Below are positions 1 through 11,639 of a DNA stretch of 64,000 nucleotides, one piece after another. The position numbers and the translations under genes were made by a program. The stretch's first letter is position 1. Each line of letters begins with the position of its first letter. The notes beneath the pieces are model-generated. The model did not search any database. It was not told where the DNA came from and saw nothing but the letters and a program-made list of their open reading frames with translations. The stretch is from Prochlorococcus sp. AG-363-G03 (GTDB taxonomy: Bacteria; Cyanobacteriota; Cyanobacteriia; PCC-6307; Cyanobiaceae), in assembly GCA_003280265.1 (NCBI GenBank), contig QCFJ01000001.1, positions 36,415 through 100,414 on the forward strand. Reading direction: 5' to 3'.

Positions 1-519
1 AGTGCCAATTACGGCACCTCTTAATTTCCTTCCAATAATTGATAGAGGAGCGAGGTCTCCCCCACGTCTTCCAGAAATATTGGCCCCCATCATTTTTAAC
101 GGTTGTCCTACCCTTTTCATTGGCCTGTTTCTAAGCGATTTATCTCCTGTAAGAATGAAATGATGATCTTCTTGGCCAGCTAATAATCCCATTATTAATC
201 TCATGGTTGTTCCTGAATTTCCACAATCCAAAATATCTTGAGGTTCTTTAAAACCATTTAATCCAACACCATTGACTTCAACAATTTCTCCTTTTTTAAT
301 TTGAGTAATATTTACACCCATTGACCTCAAGCATTCAGCGGTGCTTATGGGATCTTCTGCAGGTAATAGGCCCTCAATTATTGTTTTCCCTTTAGCAATA
401 GCACCAAATAAAAGAGCACGATGTGATATGGATTTATCTCCAGGTACTTTTACTTTCCCAAAGAGTTCCCCTCCTTTTTGAAGATTTCTTAAAGACTGAT
501 CTTTCGTGGGAACTTTCAA
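1..519 (-). CDS. aroA: 3-phosphoshikimate 1-carboxyvinyltransferase (5' part; runs off window)
   Basis: Manual translation from TTG at 517-519: [37 protein letters not shown]...[11 protein letters not shown], the EPSP synthase motifs. Confidence 0.95.
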   Translation of the reverse strand, partial: MKVPTKDQSLRNLQKGGELFGKVKVPGDKSISHRALLFGAIAKGKTIIEGLLPAEDPISTAECLRSMGVNITQIKKGEIVEVNGVGLNGFKEPQDILDCGNSGTTMRLIMGLLAGQEDHHFILTGDKSLRNRPMKRVGQPLKMMGANISGRRGGDLAPLSIIGRKLRGAVIGT

Positions 520-573
520 TTAAAAAACAATCAATTTTCTTTATTTTATTTATCGATATGCTTAATTTCTTAT

Positions 574-2151
574 TTATGAATTGTTTATTTGTTTTTGACG
601 CATTAGTTCATCGATGACGTAACCAAATAATTCAGGGCTGGGTTGGGTGTTTTCTATCTCGGATAATCCTAGCTCCGCCCATCTTTCATCAACTTTGTCT
701 TCAAGTTCTTTCGGTCTTGTTAATGGTTTTCCCCACTCATGATTTTTTTCTGGACCAATCTTTGTCGTTGCATCAATAGCTAATCTTCCTCCTAGGCCAA
801 TGTTCTCACTTGCGAAGTCAAGGGAATCAAAAGGAGTATTTTCGAGAATGAATAAATCTCTTTGAGGATCAACTTGACTGGATAAGACCCAAACAACTTG
901 TCTAGGATCTCTTACGTTAATAGTTGAGTCGACAACAACGACAAATTTTGTATAAGTGAATTGGGGTAATGCACTCCAAAAGGCCATTGCAGCTCTTTTA
1001 GCTTGTCCTGGATACGCCTTATCAATTGAGATAACGGCTAATTTATAACTTAAGGCTTCCATTGGAAGGAAGAAATCAACAATTTCAGGGATTTGTTGCT
1101 TAAGTATTGGTGTATAAATTCGATTTAAGGCTATTGCCAGCATCGCCTCTTCTTTTGGAGGCCTACCACTGAACGTTGTTAAAAATATTGGTTTTTTTCT
1201 TTGGGTCATGCAGTGGAATCTTATTAAGGGTGAAGACTCAGCTCCTCCATAGAATCCCATATGGTCCCCAAAAGGACCATCTATCATTTCTTCTCCAGGA
1301 GATATTGATCCTTCTAAAACTATCTCACTGTGACTTGGTACCTGAAGATCGATGGTTTTGCATTTCGTTAATCGAACACCCTCTCCTGCATATAAACCCG
1401 CAAAAAGCCATTCACTAAGCTGCACTGGAATTGGAGTGGCTGCAGCCATAACAAGAAGTGGATGTACTCCAATAGCAACTGCAACTTCTAGTTTCTTGTT
1501 CATGGCAGCAGCTTTCCGAAGATGCCTTGCTCCTCCTCTTACACTTAACCAATGAACTGTCATGCTCTTGCCAGATTGTCTTTGGAGCCGGTAAACGCCA
1601 ACATTAGGGACGCCTGTCTCAGGATCTTTTGTTATGACTAGACCCAATGTAATAGCTCCTCCTGCATCCTCAGGCCATGGTCGTAAAAGTGGTAAATGAT
1701 TGAGATCCAAATCTTTTTCACCTATGACTTTTTGATGACATGGTGGTAAGAGATCAATATCAGGACGTGCTTTAAGTAGATCCCAAGCAACTGAGGCAAA
1801 AGCTTTGGTCTCTTTAAATCCTTTTGGAGGCCTTGGCTGTTGAAGAAGTGCTAATTTTTTTCCTAAATCCTCCAATTCTTCTTGCTTTTCTAATCCCATA
1901 CTCCATACAACACGCTCCATAGTCCCAAGTAGATTGACAGCAACAGGCATTGATGAACCTTTTACGTTTTCAAAAAGAAGAGCAGGTCCTCCCATCCCCA
2001 GGACTCGATCACTTATTGCCGCTATTTCCAAATCACTATCAACTTCACTGCTTATTCTCTTTAATTGACCTTTGCTTTCCAAAAGAGAGAGAAAATCTCT
2101 TATGTCACGTGTAAGAGGTTCTTGACGAAATAATTTCATGAAGGTCTGCAC
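574..2151 (-). CDS. ubiD: UbiD-family decarboxylase (4-hydroxy-3-polyprenylbenzoate decarboxylase)
   Basis: GPFGDHMGFY, GRPPKEEA, NVGVYR and IDAT motifs of UbiD. Confidence 0.93.
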   Translation of the reverse strand: MQTFMKLFRQEPLTRDIRDFLSLLESKGQLKRISSEVDSDLEIAAISDRVLGMGGPALLFENVKGSSMPVAVNLLGTMERVVWSMGLEKQEELEDLGKKLALLQQPRPPKGFKETKAFASVAWDLLKARPDIDLLPPCHQKVIGEKDLDLNHLPLLRPWPEDAGGAITLGLVITKDPETGVPNVGVYRLQRQSGKSMTVHWLSVRGGARHLRKAAAMNKKLEVAVAIGVHPLLVMAAATPIPVQLSEWLFAGLYAGEGVRLTKCKTIDLQVPSHSEIVLEGSISPGEEMIDGPFGDHMGFYGGAESSPLIRFHCMTQRKKPIFLTTFSGRPPKEEAMLAIALNRIYTPILKQQIPEIVDFFLPMEALSYKLAVISIDKAYPGQAKRAAMAFWSALPQFTYTKFVVVVDSTINVRDPRQVVWVLSSQVDPQRDLFILENTPFDSLDFASENIGLGGRLAIDATTKIGPEKNHEWGKPLTRPKELEDKVDERWAELGLSEIENTQPSPELFGYVIDELMRQKQINNS

Positions 2152-2197
2152 GATTAATCTAATTATCTAGTTACTGTGACGCAAGTTCTCAGCGTTT

Positions 2198-2932
2198 GTG
2201 GAAATGAAACTTTCTTATTTTTCTGTAGCAGGAGATGTGCCAAGTGGAATTATCCCTGAATCTTCTGTAGTAATTGATGTGCTTAGAGCAACAACAACAA
2301 TTGCTTGGGCTCTAGAAAATGGTGCTGATTCAGTACAAGTATTTGCAGATGTTGATGAACTTAAAAATGAGGCAAAGTCTTTTTCAGAAAAGGATAAAAT
2401 TCTTGTAGGCGAGAGAGGAGGAAAAAAATTAGATGGGTTTGACTTGGGAAATTCTCCATTAGGAGTTTCAACTGAAAAAGTAAGAGGAAAAAGAGTTTTT
2501 ATGAGCACTACTAATGGAACAAGATCACTTCATCGTGTTAGGGAATCCAAAAGTTTGTACACAATGGCACTTCCGAACAGAAAAGCTATTGCTGAAAGAT
2601 TGAAAAGTGACAATCCAAATGAAGTTTGGATAGTGGGTAGTGGATGGGAAGGCTCTTACTCTCTTGAAGATTCTTTGGCCGCCGGAGCTTTAGCCTCTCT
2701 TTTAATCGATCAATTAGAGTCCGTACGAGTATTGAATGATGAACTAATGGCCTCTATCGCATTGTGGAAAACATGGGAGAATGATGTTGAAGGATGTTTA
2801 CGTATTGCAAGTCATGGACAAAGACTTGCAGGAATAGGTAATCATGATGATGATTTCGCTTGTTGTGCCTCTTTGGACAATCTTTCTGTTATTCCAAAAC
2901 AGACTGAGATGGGCGTACTTCGCTCAAACTAA
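2198..2932 (+). CDS. comB: 2-phosphosulfolactate phosphatase family protein
   Basis: [26 protein letters not shown] and SLED motifs. Confidence 0.92.
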   Translation: MEMKLSYFSVAGDVPSGIIPESSVVIDVLRATTTIAWALENGADSVQVFADVDELKNEAKSFSEKDKILVGERGGKKLDGFDLGNSPLGVSTEKVRGKRVFMSTTNGTRSLHRVRESKSLYTMALPNRKAIAERLKSDNPNEVWIVGSGWEGSYSLEDSLAAGALASLLIDQLESVRVLNDELMASIALWKTWENDVEGCLRIASHGQRLAGIGNHDDDFACCASLDNLSVIPKQTEMGVLRSN

Positions 2933-2959
2933 CTTTTAAATTATTTTTTTTTTAACTCA

Positions 2960-3784
2960 GTGTCAGATTTTTTGGCTGCGGCCCTACAGCTAACCAGTAC
3001 CTCAGATATAGATGCAAACCTCAATGCGGCAGAAGAACAAATTGAATTAGCGTCAAGGCGTGGGGCCGATCTTGTTGGGCTTCCTGAAAACTTTGCTTTT
3101 TTGGGTGAGGATCAAAAAAAACTAAAAATTGCATCATCAATCTATGAAAAATGTAATAGCTTTTTAGTCACAATGGCTAGAAGATATCAAGTTGTTTTGC
3201 TTGGAGGTGGTTTCCCTGTCCCTGCTGGTGATGGAGAAAGAACTTTAAATAGAGCAGAATTATTTGGAAAAGATGGTCAATCCTTGGCTAGATATGACAA
3301 GATTCATTTATTTGACGTTGATCTTCCTGAAGGTAATACGTACAGAGAATCTGAAACAATTGTGTCTGGAGGTCAATCTCCACCTGTTGTTGATGTACCA
3401 GGTCTTTGCAAAATCGGATTGTCTATTTGTTATGACGTAAGATTCCCTGAGCTTTATCGAGATTTGGTCAATAAGGGTGCAGATTTATTAATGATTCCCG
3501 CTGCTTTCACTGCTTTTACTGGTAAAGATCACTGGCAAGTATTACTTCAAGCAAGAGCTATAGAAAATACTGCTTATGTTGTTGCACCAGCCCAAACTGG
3601 TCGCCATTATGGCAGAAGACAAAGTCATGGGCATGCGATGGTTATTGATCCATGGGGGACAGTTCTTGCAGATGCAGGGGTGGTTCAGGGAGCAGCAATA
3701 GCACCTGCTGACAAAAAAAGAGTTGAGAGGATTAGAGGACAAATGCCTAGTCTAAAACATCGAAAAACAGAGCTTTTTATTTGA
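2960..3784 (+). CDS. Carbon-nitrogen hydrolase (Nit1/deaminated glutathione amidase-like)
   Basis: LPEN, YDKIHLFDV, ICYDVRFPE and RAIEN motifs (E-K-C triad). Confidence 0.92.
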   Translation: MSDFLAAALQLTSTSDIDANLNAAEEQIELASRRGADLVGLPENFAFLGEDQKKLKIASSIYEKCNSFLVTMARRYQVVLLGGGFPVPAGDGERTLNRAELFGKDGQSLARYDKIHLFDVDLPEGNTYRESETIVSGGQSPPVVDVPGLCKIGLSICYDVRFPELYRDLVNKGADLLMIPAAFTAFTGKDHWQVLLQARAIENTAYVVAPAQTGRHYGRRQSHGHAMVIDPWGTVLADAGVVQGAAIAPADKKRVERIRGQMPSLKHRKTELFI

Positions 3785-4869
3785 TGTTTAAAGATCAAGC
3801 TTTAAAGTCAAAATTAGCATTTTTTACAGGATTTGTTTTTTGTTCCAATCTTTTTATTCCTTTACCAATAAAATCTGCTAGTGCGCTTGCAGCGTGGGCT
3901 TTGACCAGCAATGGAAGCCTGAAATTAAGAACTTCTTCTGGGGCTAACTTAGATGCTTTTTATCAATCATCAACTACAGATATAGGTGAAAGAGTATGGA
4001 TTGACTTCCCTGGAGAATTAAGCAGACCTAGAACTATTAAAGGCAATGGATCAGTTAAGGAAATTAGACTAGGTAAGCCTTCAAAGGGTAAAACAAGGCT
4101 TGTTATAGAATTCACACCATCAGTTGAATTAGAACACTCAAAATTACAATTAATTGGTACTTCTCCAAACAATTGGGAGCTGAAATTAATTGGTTTAGAA
4201 AGTAATTCTTTTCGTTCTATAGAAGAGGGTAATATCTTAAGAAACTCCATAAAGAGAACTTTTGAAGTAATAAAGAATGAAGATTTAGATATTTCATCCT
4301 TGCCTAATGTTCCGTATGGAAAGTATAAAGTTGTTTTAGATCCAGGTCATGGTGGAACAGACCCTGGAGCTGTTGGAATAAATGGGTTACGCGAGTCTGA
4401 TATTGTTTTAGAGGTCTCGAAGAGTGTTTCAGGATTCCTATCAAAGAAAGGGGTTAAAACATTACTCACTAGGAACTATGAGAGAACATTAGACTTACAA
4501 CCAAGAGTTACTAAAGCCAATAATTCAAAAGCAGATGCTTTTGTAAGTATTCATGCAAACGCAACAAGAGGGAGGCGGAAAGATGTAAATGGTTTAGAGA
4601 CTTATTATTACTCTGGTTTTAGAGGCTATTCTCTAGCAAAAAATATTCAAAAACAGATTTTAATTTTTTCTCCTCAAAGCCCTGATAGGGGGGTTCGTAG
4701 ATCTCGCTTTTATGTGATTAGAAAAACTTCTATGCCCGCAGCTTTAGTAGAAATTGGATTTGTCACTGGTATGTATGATGCAGATTTATTACGTCAAAAA
4801 AGTTATAGAAATAAAATGTCTTTTGCTATCGCAAAGGGAATACTGAATTATCTCAAAGTTTCGAATTAG
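3781..4869 (+). CDS. N-acetylmuramoyl-L-alanine amidase (AMIN + Amidase_3)
   Basis: LDPGHGG, FVSIHAN and ALVEIGF motifs; N-terminal signal-like segment. Confidence 0.92.
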   Translation: MMFKDQALKSKLAFFTGFVFCSNLFIPLPIKSASALAAWALTSNGSLKLRTSSGANLDAFYQSSTTDIGERVWIDFPGELSRPRTIKGNGSVKEIRLGKPSKGKTRLVIEFTPSVELEHSKLQLIGTSPNNWELKLIGLESNSFRSIEEGNILRNSIKRTFEVIKNEDLDISSLPNVPYGKYKVVLDPGHGGTDPGAVGINGLRESDIVLEVSKSVSGFLSKKGVKTLLTRNYERTLDLQPRVTKANNSKADAFVSIHANATRGRRKDVNGLETYYYSGFRGYSLAKNIQKQILIFSPQSPDRGVRRSRFYVIRKTSMPAALVEIGFVTGMYDADLLRQKSYRNKMSFAIAKGILNYLKVSN

Positions 4870-4871
4870 TT

Positions 4872-5669
4872 ATGCGTTTTGGATTGTTTGATAGTGGTGT
4901 TGGGGGCTTCACTGTCTTAAAAAAGGTGATTGAATTATGTCCAAATTCTTCATTTATATATTTGGCTGATACGGCAAGACTTCCTTATGGATTGAAGACA
5001 ACCGATGAGATCATGCAAATTGCTGAAGAAATATCTTCTTGGTTTAGTCAGCAAAATATCGATGCTTTTTTGGTTGCTTGTAACACAACTAATGCAATAG
5101 CATTGGATTTGCTTAAGAAGAATTTAGATGTTCCTGTTTTTGACTTGATTGGCTCTGTAGCCTCAACTATCCAAGAATCAAGGGTTGGTGTTATCGCTAC
5201 CCCCTCTACAGTAAGAACAAAGGCTTATACAAATGCGATTTTAAAATATAAGCCAAAAACTTTTGTAATTGAGCAACCATGCCCGGAATTTGTGCCAATG
5301 ATTGAAATAAACAATATTAATTCAGAGGATCTTGCTAATGTCGCAATTGGTTATTTACAACCTCTTTTAAGTCAGAAAATAGATACTTTAATTCTTGGAT
5401 GTAGTCATTATCCTCTAATAACCCCTTTACTCACTAAGATATTACCGCCCAGTGTTAAATTGATAGATCCTGCTAAAGCACTTTCTTTGAAATTAAAGTT
5501 GTTTATGGATTCAAAAATGAGCGATTTTTCAAAGAAAAAATTTTTAGTTGAATCAAAGTTTTATGTGACCTCCGATCAAAAGCATTTTCCTCTTAAAGCC
5601 AAGCATTGGTTAAACGTGTTCCCTGAAGTTAATCTCGTTTCACTGCATAAGCAGGGTTGTGTCTCTTAA
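4872..5669 (+). CDS. murI: Glutamate racemase
   Basis: FDSGVGG, PYG, ACNT and LGCSHY motifs. Confidence 0.95.
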   Translation: MRFGLFDSGVGGFTVLKKVIELCPNSSFIYLADTARLPYGLKTTDEIMQIAEEISSWFSQQNIDAFLVACNTTNAIALDLLKKNLDVPVFDLIGSVASTIQESRVGVIATPSTVRTKAYTNAILKYKPKTFVIEQPCPEFVPMIEINNINSEDLANVAIGYLQPLLSQKIDTLILGCSHYPLITPLLTKILPPSVKLIDPAKALSLKLKLFMDSKMSDFSKKKFLVESKFYVTSDQKHFPLKAKHWLNVFPEVNLVSLHKQGCVS

Positions 5670-5691
5670 TATCAAAAAGCAGAGCGCTTCT

Positions 5692-6663
5692 ATGACCACA
5701 ACCACGGAAATTCTTCAACCTGTAGAACTTGATCTAGAAGCTTTGCTTTTGGATCTACGCAGCCTTATAGGGGCTGGACACCCTATTTTGCAGGCGGCTG
5801 CAGAACACCTTTTTAGCGCAGGGGGAAAACGTTTAAGACCTGGAATTGTCCTGTTGATCTCAAGAGCCTTGACTACTGAAAAGGATCTTCCTTTGAAGCA
5901 TAGAAAATTAGCCCAAATCACGGAGATGATTCATACCGCTTCCCTTGTGCATGATGACGTTGTTGATGAAGCAGATATCCGAAGAGGTGTAGAAACCGTA
6001 CATAGCCGGTTTGATCCAAGGATAGCTGTACTTGCAGGGGATTTTTTATTTGCACAAGCGAGTTGGCATTTAGCAAATCTTGAGAATTTAGATGTTGTTA
6101 AATTGTTAAGCAGGGTAATTATGGATCTAGCTGAAGGAGAAATAAAACAGGGCCTAAATAGATTTGACTCTAGTCAATCTTTTGAGGGTTATTTAGAGAA
6201 AAGTTATTGTAAAACTGCTTCCCTTATTGCTAATAGCTCAAAGGCGATTGGTGTTTTATCCGATCTAGATCAAGAGAGCTTAGATTCGCTCTATTTCTAC
6301 GGAAGACAATTAGGATTAGCTTTTCAAGTCGTTGATGATATTCTCGATTTTACTGGTAATGATGAACAGCTAGGGAAACCAGCGGCAAGTGATCTGCAAA
6401 GTGGTTACCTTACTGCGCCTGTTTTCTATGCGTTGGAGGAGAATCCAACTCTTGGCGAACTTATTAATGCTAAATTCTCCCAAAAAGATGACCTTCATAA
6501 GGCTCTTTCTTTAGTAAGGGATTCAAGCGCGATTAGGAAATCAAGAGAATTAGCTGAGAAATTTGCTTCGGAGTCTAAAGATTCAATTTCTTGGTTACCA
6601 GATTCACCATCAAAGAAAGCATTGTTTCAATTGCCTGAATTCGTTATTAGCAGGCTTTATTAA
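5692..6663 (+). CDS. sds: Solanesyl diphosphate synthase
   Basis: GGKRLRP, HDDVVD and FQVVDDILD motifs; ATG at 5692 preferred over the upstream start at 5659, which overlaps murI. Confidence 0.92.
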   Translation: MTTTTEILQPVELDLEALLLDLRSLIGAGHPILQAAAEHLFSAGGKRLRPGIVLLISRALTTEKDLPLKHRKLAQITEMIHTASLVHDDVVDEADIRRGVETVHSRFDPRIAVLAGDFLFAQASWHLANLENLDVVKLLSRVIMDLAEGEIKQGLNRFDSSQSFEGYLEKSYCKTASLIANSSKAIGVLSDLDQESLDSLYFYGRQLGLAFQVVDDILDFTGNDEQLGKPAASDLQSGYLTAPVFYALEENPTLGELINAKFSQKDDLHKALSLVRDSSAIRKSRELAEKFASESKDSISWLPDSPSKKALFQLPEFVISRLY

Positions 6664-7345
6664 TTAGAAAGTCATTTAATATTTTCTCAATTTCTTTTAG
6701 ATGATTTATTTCGCTTAAATTTTTGTTTTGTTCAAAAATTTCTTGTTTCGGAAGGTCATTATTTTTTTCTTTTAAAAAGAAAACAAAACATCCCGCTTCA
6801 AGTGCTGAAGATACTCCGGAAATTGAATCTTCAATAGCCCAGCATTCTTGAGGCGCAACATTTAATTTTTCAGCAGCTAAAAGATATGGATCAGGAGCAG
6901 GTTTCCCTTTGTATAGTTGTTTGTCATCACCAAGAACCCTTATAGAAAATAGATTCATCCATTTATGAGGGGATGTTTTAATGTTGACAGATTCATTGCT
7001 GCTACTTGTCACTAATGCCATTGGGATATTGTGTTTATAACACCTTTTGACTAAGCTCTCTCCACCGGGCATTGCTTGCGCTGTGAGAATGAGTTTCTTT
7101 GAAATGGGTTTATGTATTTTCAGTAAATCTTCTACTTTGACTTTCTTAGGAATCAATTTAAGTAATTCATTTGCACAATCAATTCTTCTTCTGCCTCTAA
7201 GGAGTTTTAGTTGACTTTGAGTTAAATTTAGATCAAAAAACGCAGCGGTTTCTTTCCATGCCTGTCCATGTAAGGGTTCTGAATTAATTAAAACTCCATC
7301 AAGATCAAATAAAAATGCTTTAGGAAAATTCCAATCTTTCTTCAT
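6647..7345 (-). CDS. HAD-family phosphatase (CbbY/beta-PGM-like)
   Basis: FDLDGVL, KPAPD and EDS..G motifs; 3' end overlaps sds by 17 bp. Confidence 0.88.
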   Translation of the reverse strand: MKKDWNFPKAFLFDLDGVLINSEPLHGQAWKETAAFFDLNLTQSQLKLLRGRRRIDCANELLKLIPKKVKVEDLLKIHKPISKKLILTAQAMPGGESLVKRCYKHNIPMALVTSSSNESVNIKTSPHKWMNLFSIRVLGDDKQLYKGKPAPDPYLLAAEKLNVAPQECWAIEDSISGVSSALEAGCFVFFLKEKNNDLPKQEIFEQNKNLSEINHLKEIEKILNDFLINKAC

Positions 7346-7437
7346 TGTGAATTTGTTTTAAATAAGAGTTTCACTATTCAAGCCTTTTGCTCAGAAATAG
7401 CTTGAATGCAATAAATGAAAAGTTGTTTTTATCTTTC

Positions 7438-9414
7438 ATGAATTCAGACAATTCTAACTCTATTGAGTCTGTTCTTCACGAACAGAGAGTTTTCCCTCCT
7501 TCTGAAGACTTTGCTAGTAAAAGTAGAATCTCATCTTTTTCTCAGTATTTAACAATGTCGCAGATGGCTAAATCAGATCCAAATAAGTTTTGGGGTGATG
7601 CAGCTAGAGAAGAATTAAATTGGTTTAAACCTTTTGATAAGGTACTCGATTGGTCTAAACCACCATTCGCAAAATGGTTTGATGGAGGCAAGATTAATAT
7701 TTCTTTTAATTGCTTAGATCGCCATTTAAATACTCCAACAGCAGACAAAGTCGCATTGATTTGGGAGGGCGAGCCAGGTGATCAAAGAAAATATACTTAT
7801 AAACAACTACACAAAGAAGTTTGCAAAGCCGCTAATGCACTCAAATCTATAGGTATAGGCAAAGGAGATCTTGTGGCTTTGTATATGCCTATGGTGCCTG
7901 AAGCCGCAATTGCAATGCTTGCTTGCGCAAGAATTGGAGCTCCACATTCAGTGGTATTTGGAGGCTTTTCCTCTGAGGCACTCAGAGACCGACTAATTAA
8001 TGGAGAAGCGAAAGCAATAATTACAGCTGATGGCGGCTTTAGAAAAGATAAGGTAATTCCTCTTAAAGATGCTGTTGACTCAGCATTAGAAGGTGGTGTC
8101 TGTCCAAAGGTCGAATCAGTAATTGTTGTTCAACGGACTAAAAAAAATATTGTCATGGATGATGTTAGAGATCATTGGTGGCATGAAATTGTAGATAGTC
8201 AATCTGAAGAATGTTTGCCAGAGCAAATGGATAGTGAGGATTGCTTATTTGTTCTATATACCTCAGGGTCTACAGGTAAGCCGAAGGGAGTGGTTCATAC
8301 AACTGCTGGGTATAACCTTTGGGCTCATTTAACCTTTAAATGGATTTTTGATATTCGTGAAAATGATGTTTATTGGTGCACCGCTGATGTGGGATGGATA
8401 ACTGGACATAGTTATATCGTTTACGGCCCACTATCTAACGGGGCAACTACTGTTATGTATGAAGGAGTTCCTAGGCCATCAAATCCAGGGGCTTTTTGGG
8501 ATGTAATTCAAAAGCATAAAATTTCGATATTTTATACAGCTCCAACAGCTATAAGGGCCTTTATGAAAGCGGGAGAAAAGATTCCTAATCAATACGATTT
8601 ATCTAGTTTGAGACTTTTAGGAACTGTTGGAGAACCCATCAATCCTGAGGCTTGGATCTGGTATCGAGATGTCATAGGAGGAGGGAGGTGCCCAATAGTT
8701 GATACATGGTGGCAAACAGAAACTGGTGGAGTAATGATTAGTCCTCTTCCCGGAGCGACTTCAACCAAGCCTGGATCAGCAACTTTCCCTTTGCCTGGAA
8801 TTGAAGCCGATGTGGTCAATTCAGACGGGGATTCTGTGGCTAATAATGAGGGTGGATATTTAGTAGTTAAAAGACCATGGCCTGGAATGATGAGAAATGT
8901 TTATGGAGATGAAAAAAGATTCAGAGAGAGTTACTGGGAGTATTTAAAACCTTCAGATAATAGCTATATATATTTTGCTGGAGATGGCGCTCGAAAAGAT
9001 GAAGAAGGTTATTTTTGGGTTATGGGTCGAGTTGATGATGTTATAAATGTCTCTGGTCATAGGCTTGGAACAATGGAAATAGAATCAGCCTTGGTTAGTC
9101 ATGAGTTCGTCTCAGAAGCTGCAGTTGTTGGTAGACCCGATGATTTAAAAGGCGAATCAATAGTAGCCTTTGTCACGTTGAAAACAGGAGTAGAAGGAAA
9201 TAAAAATATTGATGCACAATTAAAAAAGCACGTTGTTAATGAAATAGGACCCATTGCCAAACCTGATGAAATTAAATTCACTGATTCTCTTCCTAAAACA
9301 AGAAGTGGAAAAATAATGCGCAGAATTTTGAGGGCACTGGCTTCGGGCGATGAAATAAGCGGAGATACAAGTACTCTTGAAGATAGATCAGTTTTAGACA
9401 AATTAAGAAGTTAA
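7438..9414 (+). CDS. acs: Acetate--CoA ligase
   Basis: [20 protein letters not shown] and [11 protein letters not shown] motifs; ATG at 7438 is the likely start. Confidence 0.96.
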   Translation: MNSDNSNSIESVLHEQRVFPPSEDFASKSRISSFSQYLTMSQMAKSDPNKFWGDAAREELNWFKPFDKVLDWSKPPFAKWFDGGKINISFNCLDRHLNTPTADKVALIWEGEPGDQRKYTYKQLHKEVCKAANALKSIGIGKGDLVALYMPMVPEAAIAMLACARIGAPHSVVFGGFSSEALRDRLINGEAKAIITADGGFRKDKVIPLKDAVDSALEGGVCPKVESVIVVQRTKKNIVMDDVRDHWWHEIVDSQSEECLPEQMDSEDCLFVLYTSGSTGKPKGVVHTTAGYNLWAHLTFKWIFDIRENDVYWCTADVGWITGHSYIVYGPLSNGATTVMYEGVPRPSNPGAFWDVIQKHKISIFYTAPTAIRAFMKAGEKIPNQYDLSSLRLLGTVGEPINPEAWIWYRDVIGGGRCPIVDTWWQTETGGVMISPLPGATSTKPGSATFPLPGIEADVVNSDGDSVANNEGGYLVVKRPWPGMMRNVYGDEKRFRESYWEYLKPSDNSYIYFAGDGARKDEEGYFWVMGRVDDVINVSGHRLGTMEIESALVSHEFVSEAAVVGRPDDLKGESIVAFVTLKTGVEGNKNIDAQLKKHVVNEIGPIAKPDEIKFTDSLPKTRSGKIMRRILRALASGDEISGDTSTLEDRSVLDKLRS

Positions 9415-9416
9415 TA

Positions 9417-10142
9417 TTAAAGTTCCCAATTTGTTATTTGATCGACTATGAAATCAATTTTTTCGTATTTTGAAAATTTCTGGGAATTAGATTTCAGGAA
9501 TTTTTCTCTAAGACCTACGCTTACTGGGGTTAAATGATTACCCTCAAGTTGAATTAGTTCAGACTTGTCTGAATTTCTATCCTTTAGTAATTTAAGTAAT
9601 AAATTATTTTGATCTAGATTATCATTTTTGAATTTTATTAATAGATTATTTTTTTGCTCATAGTGTTCTCTAATAAGATTGAATGTCTCGGCAGGACTTG
9701 GACTGAATTCAGTTTGGAAATTTATCCTTTGTGACACTTCCCTAAGCATAGGGATAGATTTAGCTGCCTTGAAATTATTAAAGCTTATAGCTACTAAACC
9801 ATCGCAATTCCTCCCTCCATCAGGTGCTAGTAAATGTAATTTGCAACCAAGACTATGACCCAACCTTATTGATTTTGGTATTAAGCCGACTCTTCTCTCA
9901 AGAACTTTTTGAGATTTACGGAATTGTTTCCAGGCTTGATTCGATTGAAGTTGATGGTCAAAGTTAGGTACATAGCTCCATGAATGTACTGCAAAATTTC
10001 TTTGCAAAAAACCAGAAATAAGTCTTTTATATGTAACTTCTGGCTTTATTGAAATATAGCTACCTCCAATTATTTCTATAATACCAACTGGCCTAGATGG
10101 CCATTGACATGAAATATTATTGATACGTCTAATAGTGCTCAT
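9417..10142 (-). CDS. DUF1350-family alpha/beta hydrolase-like protein
   Basis: IGG, GHSLGCKLH and GNHLTP motifs typical of cyanobacterial DUF1350. Confidence 0.8.
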   Translation of the reverse strand: MSTIRRINNISCQWPSRPVGIIEIIGGSYISIKPEVTYKRLISGFLQRNFAVHSWSYVPNFDHQLQSNQAWKQFRKSQKVLERRVGLIPKSIRLGHSLGCKLHLLAPDGGRNCDGLVAISFNNFKAAKSIPMLREVSQRINFQTEFSPSPAETFNLIREHYEQKNNLLIKFKNDNLDQNNLLLKLLKDRNSDKSELIQLEGNHLTPVSVGLREKFLKSNSQKFSKYEKIDFIVDQITNWEL

Positions 10143-10282
10143 CGATGAATCATCATTCTTTAAAGAAATATAGACAACGATTATAAAAAAAATATAAGTA
10201 TCTTTTCTTTGAATGTTTTGCTAAGTTTTTATTCAACTCTATTTTTTTGATAATAATAGAAGCATGACTAATTAATTTTAAT

Positions 10283-11128
10283 GTGAAAGAAGAGCAAAAT
10301 CATCAGAAAGAGAGTGAGCAGCTTGACTTTCTAAATGGAAAAACAAGAAAAATTGCCAATAAGAAAGAGAAAGATCTAGGAGAAAAAAAGTCTTCGAAAT
10401 TAAACGAAGAACGGCATGGAATTTTAAAGAAAGAGAGTTCACCTGAGAATATCCTGATTTTGGATACAGAAACCACAGGCCTCGATAATGAAAAAGATGA
10501 TTGTCTTGAAGTAGGTTCGATCCTTTTTAATGTCAAAAGTAGATCTGTGTTAGCGCAGCAATCCTTCCTTTTACCCGTTGAAATCAATAAAGCAGAAAAA
10601 ATAAATAATATTCCTGCTGAAATTACTAGATTGCCTCAACCTGTATCTGAAGCGATTAAATATTTCGAATCTTTAGTTCGAGTATCAGATGTAGTTGTTG
10701 CTCACAATGCAGAATTTGATATGAAATGGTTTGGTTTTAAAAAATTGCCTCAAATTGAAAAAAAATGGATTTGCTCTATGGATGATATAACTTGGCCAGC
10801 TGATAGACAATTGAAGACTCGCCCATCAGTAAGAGATCTTGCATTGGCTTACGGTGTACCAGTTTGGAATGCACACAGAGCTTTGACAGATTGCATATAT
10901 TTGGCAGAAGTCTTCAAAAGATGTGTTGAACTTGAAAAATTGTTGATTAGAGCGCTAGAGCCAAAAGTTTTGCTTCGTGCTGAGATCTCCTATGAGAAAA
11001 GGCATCTAGCAAAAAATGCTGGCTTTAGATGGAATGATGCAATTAAGGGTGCCTGGTCTAGAAAAATGAGTCGTAGGGATATGGAAAAATTAGAATTCCC
11101 CGTAAAGGTTGTTGATTTTTATGATTGA
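10283..11128 (+). CDS. DEDDh 3'-5' exonuclease (DnaQ-like) with C-terminal DUF5710-like domain
   Basis: LDTETTG, AHNAEFD and AHRALTD motifs; C-terminal SYEKRHLAKNAGFRWN. Confidence 0.88.
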   Translation: MKEEQNHQKESEQLDFLNGKTRKIANKKEKDLGEKKSSKLNEERHGILKKESSPENILILDTETTGLDNEKDDCLEVGSILFNVKSRSVLAQQSFLLPVEINKAEKINNIPAEITRLPQPVSEAIKYFESLVRVSDVVVAHNAEFDMKWFGFKKLPQIEKKWICSMDDITWPADRQLKTRPSVRDLALAYGVPVWNAHRALTDCIYLAEVFKRCVELEKLLIRALEPKVLLRAEISYEKRHLAKNAGFRWNDAIKGAWSRKMSRRDMEKLEFPVKVVDFYD

Positions 11129-11224
11129 AGCGGATTTTTCATAAAGTACTCATTTCAAATCTTTGCTATATGTTTAATGTATTTATAAATGAGTTTTTTT
11201 TAGAGTTTTCTCCATGATTGATTT

Positions 11225-11512
11225 ATGAGAAAATATTTCACTAAGGAAAATATAGTTGGTCAGTTTCGTCTTGTTAAAAGTAAGACTGACGGTAATGAAT
11301 TAAAAAAGCGTCTCAGGCAATGGCAGCATTCAAGAAGTTGGGCTCGTTTGATTTGTGAAGCGGAAAAAATGTGGAGTCTTGAGTCAAAAGAACTAAAACG
11401 TCTTGGAGCTATGGAGTTAATTCAACTCCAAAATGAAATGCCTTTTAATGTAAGAAGAAGAGTTAATTATTGGTTGGTTAAATATTCAGGCGCTACCCGA
11501 CTAGAGGATTAG
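11225..11512 (+). CDS. Hypothetical protein
   Basis: 95-aa ORF filling the intergenic gap, Trp-containing, plausible composition. Confidence 0.65.
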   Translation: MRKYFTKENIVGQFRLVKSKTDGNELKKRLRQWQHSRSWARLICEAEKMWSLESKELKRLGAMELIQLQNEMPFNVRRRVNYWLVKYSGATRLED

Positions 11513-11639
11513 ACTCAAAGCCCTTTGGAACTTTAGTCTTACCAATTTGGTTTAGCAAAATCACTTATTAAATATTATTTAATAGTTTACGTATTCAATT
11601 ACTATTGAACAAACAACAAATAATTTATCTGAAGCTACT

